Below, in pieces: positions 28,712 through 42,899 of a DNA stretch of 64,000 bases. The position numbers and the translations under genes were made by a program. Position 1 is the stretch's first letter; every line of letters starts with the position of its first letter. Location: assembly GCA_039096225.1 (NCBI GenBank), contig JBBPEB010000009.1, positions 1,116,001 to 1,180,000 of the forward strand, read 5' to 3'. The DNA is from Blastocystis sp. Blastoise. Its lineage: Eukaryota > Protista > Bigyra: Opalinata. The notes beneath the pieces are model-generated. The model saw only the letters and a list, made by a program, of their open reading frames with translations. It was not told where the DNA came from and did not search any database.

Positions 28712-30247
28712 TTATAGCTTTCCCCATACTTCATAATCGTCCACTTTAAAGTTATTAAAAGAATTAGCATCATTAGTATTCACAAATAAGGATGATCTTT
28801 GACGAGTATTCACTACAGAATAAGAAGATGCAGAACAATATGAATCATTGTTATTATGACATTGATCAAATATAGTTATATCACCACCAGATCCAAATAC
28901 AGGACCATAAGAAGAATAATATAATATAGCAAAATTTCTATCACTTTGTGTATAATCATATTTAGTAGGGGGATACCATGTTCAGTACTTAAAGTAAACA
29001 GAAATTCTTTAGAATAAGGTTTCCAATCTATATAAATCATATTAAAAAATTATATATAAAATAAATAAATATACCAATTAAACCAGATTCCCAATCTTGA
29101 TCTGTATATCCTCCAAATATATTAATATGATTATTATGGCCTATATGTTTGATTATAGCTACTGTTTCTCCTTTATTATCACAGTATCTATGGAATTCTA
29201 GTGAAGAATAATCATATTCACTTGCTATAAAAATTAATTTTCAATTTTTTTATTACCAAGCCAATTCACTAATGGCTTTGGAAGTTCTTCATCAATAATA
29301 GTTGATTGTTTGAACCATCCTGGAATCATTACTTCTTTCACAGCTTCCTTTCCTTTATCACCAAATAATTCAATCATTTCTTTCTCTAATAATTCTTTAT
29401 TAATATCAACTATCTTATCTTCTTCTATATCTATATATCCATTCTTTACATATTGAGTAATATATTCAATATATTCATATTTCTTATTCATATATAAACT
29501 ATCATCAATATGATTATAATTAATAAAGCCATTATTATAATTTTTAGCATAATTATTCCATAATCCATTCTTTATTAAATATTCCTTAATATTATCATTC
29601 TTATCGCCATTAATAAATAAAGAAACTTCATTTCTTTCTTCATATTTCTTTTTCTTAGTATCTCTTCTTTCTCTACAATTTATTAATTCTATAGGAATCA
29701 CTAATGCACAAAATTCAAATAATTCCAATATTTCTAATTGTTGTTCATAAGAAAATTGAGTAAAATCTACTTTCTTTCCATTCAAATAATCTAATAAATA
29801 ATAAATAAAAACATTTTGACCTTCATAACAAAGAAAAATAGTTCCATCATTCGTTCTTTTTTCTTCTTCGCGTTGATCATCAATAAAAGAACCTTTTAAA
29901 GTATCTAAAATAGATTTCGATATTTGAAAAACAGGACCATTATTGGTAAATCGTATTAAATCCACATCATTATCATCATTATCATTCATATTGACATTCA
30001 TATTTTCATTATTATTACTTTCATAAACACAATTCTTTTCAAATGCATTACTTTCACCTTCCTTTTCAATACAATCATCTCCAATATGTTTTATAAGTCT
30101 ATTAATCGATATTCCAGAATGTATACCAAGATTCATTACTGACCCAAATACACGAACTACGTCTTTCATCAATTCTTCATATACATTAATATCCTCCTTC
30201 AATCTATTAAACTTATCAATATCAAATAACACCTTTTCTTTCACCAT
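28712..30247 (-). pseudogene. BTB-like + TLDc domain gene (family T, copy 1), apparently frameshifted
   Basis: MVKEKV start at 30247; BTB-like FTNNGPVFQISKSILDTLKGSF...LLDYLNG; TLDc motifs FHRYCD, NIFGGYT, FLFTL, YGPVFG and FKVDDYEVWG with TAA at 28712. Reading frame is disrupted near 29240 and at the G5 run near 28968-28972. Confidence 0.75.
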
Positions 30248-30456
30248 TTTCAAGAAGAACAATAAGAAAAAACTGGAATACAAAAAGTTTTTTTTTGGAT
30301 AATTGGGAAATTGATAAAAATTCTGAGAAGAATCCAATTTTTTCATGAATAAAAAATCTTGTTGTTTCTTTTATCTATCCTATATACACATTTATATTCA
30401 TTGTTTATTACATTTCTATTTGAATAATATATGCAATTCTTATAATTAATAATAAT

Positions 30457-31107
30457 ATGGGTGATAACACAAACAACAAAGTACAAGATAAACAGGAAAT
30501 GAGTAATTAATTATAAGTATCATAATAAAAATCTCTTAGTAACCTTCATATTCCAAGAAGAAGTTCATATAGACGTTCCGTTGGCTATATTAAAGAAGTA
30601 TCCAGAATTTCTCCTGTCAGTAAATTATGAGAATCCAAACAATTACTTAAATGATGAAAATGCTTATTACATTGATTGTCCATGTCTTTCTATTAACACA
30701 CTATTGCAGTTCATAGCAAAAGAAATCTTCTTAGAATCTATGAAATATAAAGAGATTATTAACATGTATAAAACGATACAATTTTATTTTACTGATAAAC
30801 ATCCTGATTTTGAAGGAAAAGTATTTAGTTACCTTGTCAGTCAATTTTATATATTTTTAAAACAAACTGGTTGTGAAATGTATATATATATTATTATTAT
30901 TATATGTTCTATTTTTTAATTCCATAGAGAGAGAACTTCTTTTGATGGTATCTATAGTCTATATATACATGGTATATATTATAAATTATAATAAAATATT
31001 ATAATTTATATATTATAGATATTTTTACGGATACAAGAAATCAATTATTTCAAAAATACTCAGAATTATTTAGTTTTTTTAATGTAAAATATATAGATTT
31101 GAATTGT

Positions 31108-31143
<36 letters not shown>

Positions 31144-31278
31144 ATAAAAAAGTACTATAATAATAATTCTATAAATGTATAAAGATCAATTTTCTGAAGA
31201 TATTCCTTATGAATATATATATCCTGCTAATTTACAAGAATTATTTCCTAAACTTCAAGAATATATTATTCATTGTAA

Positions 31279-31362
<84 letters not shown>

Positions 31363-32300
31363 TATTATTATCCAGAATTAGAATGTTTTCGTGTTCCTTA
31401 TTCTGATCTTCATTATAAAAAATTATATTCAATATATAAGCAAAACTATTATAATATGTCCAGCTTATTACTATATAACACATATTTACAAAAATTAACT
31501 GAAAATAAATTAATAGAATTAGCTAAAAAACAGTTAGTGGTATATACAAAAATAGATTTTTGGAAACAATTAAAAAATAAAATTAAAAGAGTAGATGAAC
31601 ATTTAGTTTGGGGAACTCTTCCTGATGAATATAATAATGATGAATATAAAGATTATAGGCCACCTTTATATGTAGAATGTTATTCAGACTATTCCCGTGA
31701 ATACAATAAACAAAATGAAAAACAATTAAATGATAAACAATCTTGTTCTATTTCATTTTCTTTTCAAAATGAAAAAGGTATTTTAGATTTATATATATAT
31801 ATATATATATTAATGTAGAATTTCCTAATGAATTAATTGGACAGATTCATTTTTCGTATAATAATGTTTATATTAATATATGTATAAATAGAAAATTATA
31901 TTTTTTATAAAAAATATATCTATATAATTATATATAGAGAGAATTATTATGTAGATACAATAGCATCTTATATATATAATATACCTCAATATAAGCAATT
32001 AAATACTATTGAATGTATTGGAGCGAATAAAGAAGAAGCAGAAAATAAATGTATCTCTTTTTCACTAACTATACCTGCTTTATTATCAGCATTAAAGAAT
32101 GGAATATTTGATAATTTAGAAACGATGAATATATCTACTTGTATATATTTATATTATTATTATTATTTAATTCTATAAAATTTATATTTATATTTATATA
32201 TATATAGTTATAGAAAATGAAACATATGACGAATATAAAGAGATATTCAGTAATGTATTTTATTCACACACATTTCCAAATTTGACAACATTAATAATGG

Positions 32301-32396
<96 letters not shown>

Positions 32397-33391
32397 CTAT
32401 AATATCTAATATATAGATAATATGGAATACTCAACTCAATATGTATTTTATAAATATTTATTTTCATCATTTTCAAGAGAACATTTTCCATATTTACATA
32501 TATTAAATATATCTTCATATGATGATATAAACGATTTAACAGAATCATTACCAATATCCATGAAGGATATATATACATTATTTAACAGTCATTTTTTTGA
32601 ATTAATAGATACAATAATTTTTGATGATAAATCTCATTATTATATTCAAAAATATGGTAAAGAATTTATAGATCTACTTATTAATGTATATAAAAAACAT
32701 CAATTTACTATAAAAAGTATATATATATATTTTTTTTGTTTATTTATGATATATATAGTAGCTGAGATCAATTTAAATGCATATTCAATATATTGGCAAC
32801 AACTATTAAATTCTAATATTCTATTTAGTGAAAGTTTATGGTTAAGCAGTATTTTATTATTTATTCGACATATATAAATATATTCTATAATTCTTTTTTT
32901 AATCTATACATATTTTATATTTTTTTTTTATTTAATATATATATATAGCTCTATCTATATGTGATTTTGGTTCCAAAGAAATACTACCTGATCTTTCTAA
33001 TGGAAATTTCAAAAAAATAGATTTTTGTATATATATTCAAATTAATATTTATATTTCTTAAAATTATTTCATACTATTTTTCTTATATTACTTTTAACAT
33101 TATGTATATATATATAGTTATTGATAGTTTTCTTTCTAAAAATTGTGACAAACAATTAATAAATACTATGAATACAATAAATTGCGAAAAACTTGAAGAA
33201 ATTCAAATTCGCATCAGTTGTATTTTTTTTTAATTTTAATTGTTATTTATTGATTATTTTTATTTAGTATATCATTCACTAGAACATAGTTATAATAATA
33301 TATTTCAAATGATTAAATCAATTCATTTTATTTCTTTATTTTCTTCTTTGAATTATAATACAGTTACTCGTTTATCAATAGGCACTTCTTG

Positions 33392-33441
<50 letters not shown>

Positions 33442-34829
33442 TTAAATTATTCTTTTTTATCATGTTATCATTAAGAATTATAGACTAAACTGAATTTGTA
33501 TATAATTAATAAATATATTAATATATATATTCTTTGATTTAATTATTTTATAATATATATAGATGCAAGACGTTTTTTTTCTATGAATAATAATAATCAA
33601 TTTGTCAGCAATGAAGATATTATTTCTTTTCAACAATGTTTAACGTTATTTTCTTCGAATATTAAATTTCTTAAAATGAATTGTATTTCTCTTTTATACT
33701 CTATTTTAAAATATTATCTTTTTTTTAATATTTATTTAATTATTTCTATCAACATTATTATTCTATAAAACATATGAATTCATTATATATATATATAGAT
33801 GGATTATTATGTGATATGGTTTATGTATTACAAAATTTTATAGAATTACCCCTTTGGATAAATGTTGAAGAATTCTCTATATGTTTCTGTATATATATAT
33901 TCTTATTCTATTATATTATTAATATACGATAATTATTATAGGTTATAATAAGTTACAGGATGTATTGGATCAATTTATTCGTTATTTTAATAACCATAAA
34001 TTATTAAAACTCAAAGATTTATCAATAGGAATTTTTCGTAAATAAAATAATTATATATTATTGTTTTTTATAGCTTATTTCTCTTAAAACTAATAATAAT
34101 TAATATAATTATTATTATATGTATAGCTTTAATAAAATCAATACAGCCACTTTTATCATTCATAGAAAATATACATAATAATCCACCTCTCTTTTTTCCT
34201 AAATTAGATTCTTTTTATATTAATTTCTTATCTGATCCAGATGGTATATTAAAATTATATTATTTGAATTATATTATATATATACTAGAAACTTTTTTTG
34301 TGAATTAAATATACAATAATAAATATATATATATATATATAGATTCTATTTCTAAATTAGATGATTATAATATATTAAAATCCTTTCCTTCCTTATCATT
34401 TTATTTACATATACCTATAAATGAAATATATATGCATTCACAATTAGGAAAATTGGGAAAAACTTCTTTTGAATATTGTCAATATATATATAATCAATTA
34501 CAGATGGAATATACTAAGACAGTTTCTAAATTACATATATGTATATAAATATATTCTAATAGTATATTAGATATATAATTAATCTATTTATAATAATATA
34601 TATAGTTATAAAAAATAATCATTTTTCTGATGAAATAATAAAATTGATTATTCATGGAAAATTTCCATTTTTAAAAGAACTTCAATTATTATCATGTGGT
34701 ATATTTATACATTATATTATATATTATATATTATATATAGAAAAATATAACCTAGATGACATTGAACAATTAATAAATAATTATATGAAAACATCAAATC
34801 ATTGGTTTATTTTTAATATTAACAAATAA
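30457..34829 (+). CDS. BTB-like + LRR-like family A, copy 3, multi-exon
   Basis: ATG at 30457, phase-1 intron, then TFIFQEEVHIDVPLAILKKYPEFLLS...AYYIDCP. Later motifs IPYEYIYPANLQELFP, HTFPNLTTL, REHFPYLHI and GKFPFLKEL. Stop at 34827-34829. Confidence 0.72.
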
Positions 34830-35046
34830 CAATTTATGATATATAGATATACATTTATTTTAGACTATAGCTATATGTATTATATTTCTATCAAAATTAT
34901 GTTGTCCATTATAAATAGAATATATATATACTTATAATGTGATTATTTGATTTTTTTTTAGATATATTTAAAGAATAGTTTCTACTTTTATTACGTGTTA
35001 ATTATTTTATTTTGTTAAGCTTGATATATTTTTGTAAAAAGAAATA

Positions 35047-35098
<52 letters not shown>

Positions 35099-36362
35099 TT
35101 ATGGAATTTCATTTATATGCTCTTTAGAAAAGCAGACGAAATCTTCTAAACATTTTGTGACACTTGTTGTGTCCATCATAAAAAGAAAACTTTATGTTTG
35201 ATATAATATAGCTAAATATAGAGATAGAATTTTTTCGGTATCAATAATTAACCAAAGTATCTCAATTATTTGTGATAATTGGTTTACAACTAAATTAAAA
35301 AGCCTCAGGAAAGAGACTAAGTATATATTACTCATACTATATTTAAAATAGATGTCTAGTCTATTATTATTTATATATAGTTAACTATCAGCGATTTCCA
35401 TGAATAAAAATGGCCTTCTTTGTCACGTTTTGCTTTTTGGATTTAAGATTTTTTCAGAACAATTAAACAAGGAAAAAAAATACCCTCCACAGAATAAACA
35501 ACAAAAAGCATAAAAAAACCCAATGAAGATTTTTAGTATATACACGATGATTATTTTTGGTCGCTCTTTGAATAATTAATTTAAAAACTATTTAATGATT
35601 TAAATTTATCTTTGTTATTTTCATAAACTACTCTATACGCAACTATGGCTTTAACCATTATAACAAAAATTAGAAAACAAAACGAGTAAATTGTAAATAA
35701 ATTCTAATTGTGAAATAACATTAAAACATTTTTTTAAATCTATCTACTGGTGGTAATTACTTCTGTCTATAAATACTCTATATAAAAAAAATAAGTTAGA
35801 ATTATTCAAATCAATAAATAGTTATACATACCTAATTCACATCGTTAAAGATAGCTGTCATTTCAATGCACGTTACAATTTATATGAAGCAACTAAAGAA
35901 AGGGATATTGATAGTTAATTAAATAATAGTAACAAAGAATTATAGAAATACGAAACAAAATACTTGCTACCCTTGAATAATCAAACACCTGACATTCTAT
36001 ATAAAAAGATGTTATGATATTTTACAACATTATATACATTAACAAGATAATTGATTCGAAAATTGATAGACACCTAGACACAATAATACTTTAATACTGT
36101 TTAAAAGTAAAATACATTTTCAAAGAGTATAGTTATTGAATATGTTCATTGATATTTTTGTTGTGAGATAAACAAAGCAATAAAATAAAATATGAATGTA
36201 TGGTGTAAAACAAAAAATAAAGTCAGCATAAAAATATATTCTATTAAAAATACTTAGCCAATCATTTTAATATAAATCAAAAGAATTATAGTGTAGAAGA
36301 TAAATAGCCAATCATTATGAAATAGAATAAAGGAATAAAGAAAAATAGAATAATTCAAAGAT

Positions 36363-37149
36363 TTATCCTGAGAATGGTAGAATCTCTTGGCATTTCTGCA
36401 AATTGTTTATTATTGTTTCATAATGTATATATGTATAAGAACTTGTATTTGGAAAAGGACTAATTGGAATCCATTTGCCAAACTAAAAATAAAGAATATT
36501 ATATAAAAGAATGATAAAAGAAACGTATAAAAGCATACAATCTCAGAGGATCCTGAGTCATGTATTTCTATTTCTCTATCTAAATGAAACCCAAAGAATT
36601 GAGGAAACGAGCCTTTTCGACGACGATTAGTAATACATTCACGAACACAAACCATTATAATTTCATCACTATAATTATCTTGTTTCTCATATGTATGCAA
36701 ATAAAGACGAGCAAGACGACAAATATATATGTAGACCTCTGACTCATGATCTAAACATATATTATTCTTTTTTAATGTAAACATGGATTTTGCATTTTTT
36801 CGTATAGCTTCAGGTAAGCAAAAAGGAATTACCTTTATTATAGTCTATTGAATTAAACATTATATATGTATACAATAAATACTTTTAATTTATTTGAATT
36901 CAACTTCTTGTTTCTAAATGGAATATCTCTTTTAATGGAAAGTCTTCTTATCATAGCCTCACATTCTATAAAAACATCTGAGCAACGAATAGTCTTTTCT
37001 AAATAATTATTACCAAAGAATTAAATTGAAATACCATTTGTCTCTTCACCTTTTAATTCGTTAAAATAATGTTCGATAGCTTTATAGATATCTTCTTGAA
37101 GACTATCAATTTTATTTCTTTCTAATGAAGATAAAGTAGATGATTCCAT
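36363..37149 (-). CDS. Small spliced accessory gene of the CACTA element (second ORF; TnpA-like role inferred)
   Basis: Four exons join in frame: MESSTLSSLERNK...EETN|EKTIRCSDVFIEC...NKLK|TIIKVIPFC...VRECITNRRRKGSF...SSEI|FGKWIP...PFSG TAA (36363). Head-to-head with the transposase. Confidence 0.6.
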
Positions 37150-37265
37150 GAAAAAGAAAGTAAAAGAAAAAATATATATGAAAACCGTGATAATAATCAG
37201 TAAAATTCTACAGAAGAAATGAATTTTATTTTTTTTAATAAACATTTTTCATAGTATTTGTTATA

Positions 37266-40200
37266 ATGAATAATTATAGACATAAGATATCTAATAAGAA
37301 GAAATCAGGAATAAATAGTAAGATATAAAAATAAGAAATAACATTAATGATCATAGCAACATTATTATCTGAGAGACATGACACTTATCATAGATCAACT
37401 ACCTTGATTGCAGATGAAATCAACAATGTGAATATTTCTTTAAATAATGAGAATACACCAATTGAGATAGAAAATGGTGATATTATAAGGCAGATCATGC
37501 AACTCATCTTATCACAAAAAGTATACGGTTTATATTAATATATATATAATATATACCTCTCTTTTAATATAAGCCATTATTATATTTCTTCAACACAATA
37601 CCTACTAATCATTTTATCTAGATAATTCATGAGAAAGTGAGTACAAAAGAGGATGCCATGAATGACCTAATTTTTGAGTGTTGGAGAAAACTAGGTATTA
37701 GCTTTCAAAAAGTAGCAAATTTGTATGAATTAATAAATAATTTAATAAGCGAATTTGACATTGATCTTCCTATATTAACAATACCCAAATGCTCACAAAA
37801 TATTGTAAGAAAATATGTTAGAAATTCTATATATAAGCCTCTTCATATAAATATATTTTCATGTAATAAGTGTCATGTAATACATACATATAATACAATA
37901 CAAGCATATCCATTATTTAAAGATATAACATGTAGTAATCCTATATGCAACGGAAATATATGTATATATTTCTAGAAGTAGTTATATATATATATATATA
38001 TATCACAAAACATTATATAATTCTTATATAGGTAACAAACAAGTTATTATTCCACTAATTCCCCGACTTCAAGCCATACTTTCATCTCCATATTATATAC
38101 AAGATATTGAATTTTATCGAAAAGATGAGATAGAACAAATATATAGTAGTCTTAATAATAGTAACCTAGATTCAATGATTCAAAATATACCAAATTACAT
38201 GCTAGGAATGAATTATAAATCATATCTTAGAGATTGTGCCAATAATGGTGATATCATTTTATCATTCAACGTTACTACAGACGGTATATCGATGTTTGAT
38301 AAGGCTGTTACTAAGCAGAATAGTTCTTCAAACCCAATTTTGATCCAATTATTAAATTATAAGAAATTTAGAAAGTACGATAAAAGAGAGTTCTATATGT
38401 ATACTTGCGTAGATGAGCCTTCTATTGACTTATGCCTTGATATACTGATGGCTGAATTCAAGTTACTCCAAGCTGGAATAAACATGGATATTTATCTTGA
38501 TGGGAGATTACAGAATAGGAAAGTAGTTGGCATATTAATTAATACATTTGGAGATTCTGCAGCATTATCTCATGTAGGTAAATTTTTAGGTCCATCATCT
38601 ACATATCCTTGTAGATTTTGCGATATGCAAAGCGATAAGCATGCTGAACTATTACATGAAGGTATGAAGTGTTCCTATTCTCATGTATCTATATCAGTTC
38701 AAAAGTCGAATACTGGAGTCCATATATATATTCCATGTTATCAGTTTCTTCTTAAATGGATTAATAAAACGAATACTTATATAAATAGTAAACCATATAT
38801 CATGTACAAATCCTTTTCGAAGAGTTGTAAGTTATATGAAGATTCATTTACTAATATTAGATACAATCCATATTCTAAAGAAGTAATTACTGAAATAAGA
38901 AGTAGTAATAATGATAATCCATCCTACAATAAAGGAATAAAAAAGGTAAGAAGTACTTCTGAACAACTTAGCTACTTTAATCCTTCAACATCATTTCCAT
39001 TAGATACTATGCATCTTTTTGGAAATGTTTGTAATACTTTATTAAGTTTATTATTTGGATTCAAGAAGGAAAATAAAAATAAAAGTAAGAAGAAGGAAGA
39101 AAGTAATAAAAGTAAGAAGAAGAAAGAAAGTAATAAAGGTAAGAAGAGGAAAAATAGTAATAAAGGTAAGAAGAAGAAAGATAGTAATAAATGTAATATG
39201 AAGGAAGATAGTAATGAAAGTAATATGAAGGAAGATAGTAATATGAAGGAAGATAGTAATGTAAGTAATATGAAGGAAGATCAATCGAATAAAAAGACAT
39301 CCTCAAATGAAAAAGAAAATGATAATACTAAAGAAAACCAGAGGAAACCATTTGAACTAAACCCAACAAATAAAAGCATTTTGGAAACACGTATCTCAGC
39401 AGTTAATAGTATATATGGGGATTGTGAATACCAGTTTCGTTATATACTAGATGAAACAATGTTCAACAAAATAAATACACACACGAAAATATTTTTCGTT
39501 TCTAAAATATTACCATTAATATTATATGATTTTAATTCAAAAGACAGTCCTATAATACCTCTTTTCGAATTATTAGCTTCTATTATTCATGATTGCCATA
39601 TATATAAAGCGAATGATATCGAAGACTTGGAAATGCTTGAAAAGAAATGTTTTACATTCACATTTCTCTGTGAGCTTATACTGCCAAAGCAATTAATTAC
39701 ATCTCAAATACATTCTATCCAGCACTTGGTCTCATGTTTAAGAAATACAGGAAGCTTATCAGTAACATCAACTTGGAAATCAGAATCATATTATTCTAAA
39801 ATTAAGCACTCATCTCATTCTCGCAATGAATTTAATATTTCCTGCTGCATGTCATCAATAACCAAAGAAACAATTTTAGTATCTAATGATCATCAAGGAA
39901 GATCCAATAACAGAAACGAAATAAGTAATATATCTCAACCATGTGAAGATATGCAACATGATAAGAATACTATTTACTATAATCCTGTTGGAAACAATAA
40001 AACATATATATATTCTGCTAGTTGTTCTCATTATTCTGAACCGATAGAGATGCCAGATAAAGTACTTTTCCAGTTTCTCAAAATAATTCTTGAAGAAGGA
40101 TCTCAAACACTTATTAATTATCTAATAGATGGTATTATTGGTTGGACAGGAGAAAATAGAAATTATAATTTAAACTTATTTATAGAAAATAATTTTCATC

Positions 40201-41025
40201 AGTTGAAGGATAATTATAATAAACTATCTGTTAGTTTCTATGATAGAATCCTTGTTAATAACAAACTTATATATACAACCAGCCAAGTTGATGATGGTGT
40301 ACATAGAATAGATAATTCATACTTGATATATTATGAAAAAGAAAATAATCATCAGCCACATCTTGTAAAGGCCTTAAAATATATAAAGGTGAATGATTCC
40401 ATATTTGTAATGAATTACGATTATGGTCCAGCATTATCATCTGCAACAGGATTATATTATCACTTTATGGACAGTCAAGGGTTTCAAGGATTCCAAAATA
40501 TTAACATATTTCTTGCTTCAAACGTTTTAGTAATGGATATACATACAAATAAAACCCCTGATGACATTCTTTGTGAAGTATATACTTATATTAATTAATA
40601 ATAAATAATAATATATTCATATTAGTATCATAATAAATACATCGTATGTATATTAGTAATAGTTATTTAGTATCATTTTTTATATTTCATTGTGTAGATA
40701 AATCTTTTAATTACTAATATAATAATTATTATAATGAATTCATTTTACTTTTATATATATTTAATTATCAGAATGATTACCTTCATCTTTATATGCATAT
40801 ATATATTCTTAATACTAATTATTTATATATTATTAACTATAAAAAATTTTGTCAAATAATATCTTTTATTGTTTCTATACTTTATTCTTCTTTATATAGG
40901 AAAAACAAACCAAAGAAAAGACTATCCAAAGGTCTACGTTGACAGTAACTTCAGAAGATGTTTATACTTATACAACATTTATACCAAAAGACTACATGCA
41001 TGTGAATGGGTACATTTCCATGTAA
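37266..41025 (+). CDS. CACTA/EnSpm-type DDE transposase (Tnp2/TnpD-like), five exons, apparently intact
   Basis: CxxC...CxxxxC zinc motif, IIPLIPRLQAIL, SFNVTTDGISMF (D1), GDSAAL...G...YPCRFC (D2), PLDTMHL, and HSIQHL...TGSL...TWKSES (E). The exons splice in frame from ATG 37266 through ORFs 37347, 37637 and 38175. The probable last exon is 40900-41025; otherwise the stop is at 40598. Confidence 0.88.
39062..39290 (+). repeat. 24-bp coding tandem repeat (KKKxxSNK / NMKEDSN units) inserted in the transposase
   Basis: Recurrent AAGAAGAAAGAAAGTAATAAAGGT-like units that grade into AATATGAAGGAAGATAGTAAT units. Confidence 0.8.
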
Positions 41026-42899
41026 ATACTTATAAAATTATATGTATAATCGTATTTAAACTTTGACTTTTTTATAATTTATATTTTTAATGTATAATTT
41101 CATACATATTATCTCTTATAATCACTTTTTGGTTGTTCTTGTTATTAATGAATTTCATAACATAAAAGCAGATCATAGTAGGTTTTTCTAACTTAATTCA
41201 ACTTCATAATAGTTAAAATTACAGTGAATAAATGTTTTAAATAATACATAAAAAAATGTTCAAATTCATATCTATTTACAACTTTTTTCACCAATAATCT
41301 ATATATATGAAGCAATAATCATCGAACTTTTCAAGTATCTAATATTATATCGAATAATATATATATTATATTGATTTGTACTAAATTCATTCATATTTAC
41401 TGAATATATCCTTATTTCATTGTATTTTTCTATCCATAATAATAAAGCATCTTATTTAAAAACTATTACATGTTCTATTCAAAATAGAATGAGCATAGAC
41501 TTATTTAATTTAATCTTCTAAATTCTCATATATTTTTTTAAATGTTTAATATATAATCCTATTTTATTGTTATTAATTCATAAAGTAATTATTACAGTAA
41601 TATATGTTTTCTATATATTTTACTAAACCATTTTCAATAACCATATTAGTAGATCTTTTGTTACTAATAAATGAAATATTAATGGCAAACCATAATGAGT
41701 AATATATGATTTTTGTATGAACAGTCATATGATGAGAGTAAGAAAAGAGATAGAAGAAAAAATAATTAAAAGGAGAATCTGCATAGCAATACTATATTAT
41801 AATCTCATTAATCTATAGTATTATTAGTAGTAATAATAGACATTCATTGATAGTTGTGATAGAACTATTTATGATCTAAGATCAGTAGAGGTTATAAAGA
41901 AAGTAATAGTACTTCAAGTATTATTACTTATGGTATTCTTTCTTTAAAGATATGATTACGAAAACCGAATTACATATTGATATCATAACATTTTTGGTAT
42001 TTAAATTAATTTAAAAACTGTTAGTAAAGGAGGTACAATCATTTAATGACATAGCATAATATTTTAATTGATTCAAAATGTAAGAGAAATTAGAAAACAA
42101 GAATAGAAAACATAATTATAATCTTATCATTGTTCTTATTAATAACTACTATTATACGTAGTATTAGGAGAAGAAAGAGGAAAAATATAAAAGGTATTGC
42201 ATAGTAGTATATTCCAAATATATAAGTATTAACAATATTAGAAGCAATAGACAGAAAAAGGATTTGGTGTATAATAGTTTAAGTAGCAGAATATCATTAG
42301 TATTAGATATAGTATTATTGGAATAAGAATGTAAAAAGACATGACACATATAAAATATCTTTAATATCATTACAACTAGACATAATAATAACGGTAGTAG
42401 TAGCACAAAATATTTCTATTATATTTAAGAATTCTTATAATTATTATGAGCATGCGTATTATAACGAAAACAAGAAGAAAATTGTAGGAGTTTAGTAATA
42501 GTAGTAGTGTCATCATCAGCTTATTATATAAAAATACAAGGAGACATAACAGTATGGGTATGTTCTAACAAGAGGAAGATTATTTTGAAGAAATATTTGT
42601 ATTACGATGAAAATATAATCAGTTGTTAGAATAAAAAGGCTTATACTAGTAATACTATTATACTTCATGATCTTCTGATTGTTATATAGAGAAGACTATT
42701 AATATTATTGATTCTTTATTAGTATTAGTATATGTACTATTATTTATAATCTTAGTATCTTAGTATTTGCATCCAAATTACTGATTCTTAATATAGCATT
42801 CATTCTTCTTCATGCTTTATTATTATTCTTATTGTTAATACACTTGATATGACTTTTGTTTTTGTTATTAATAACTGTAATATACAGCAGTAATATATG

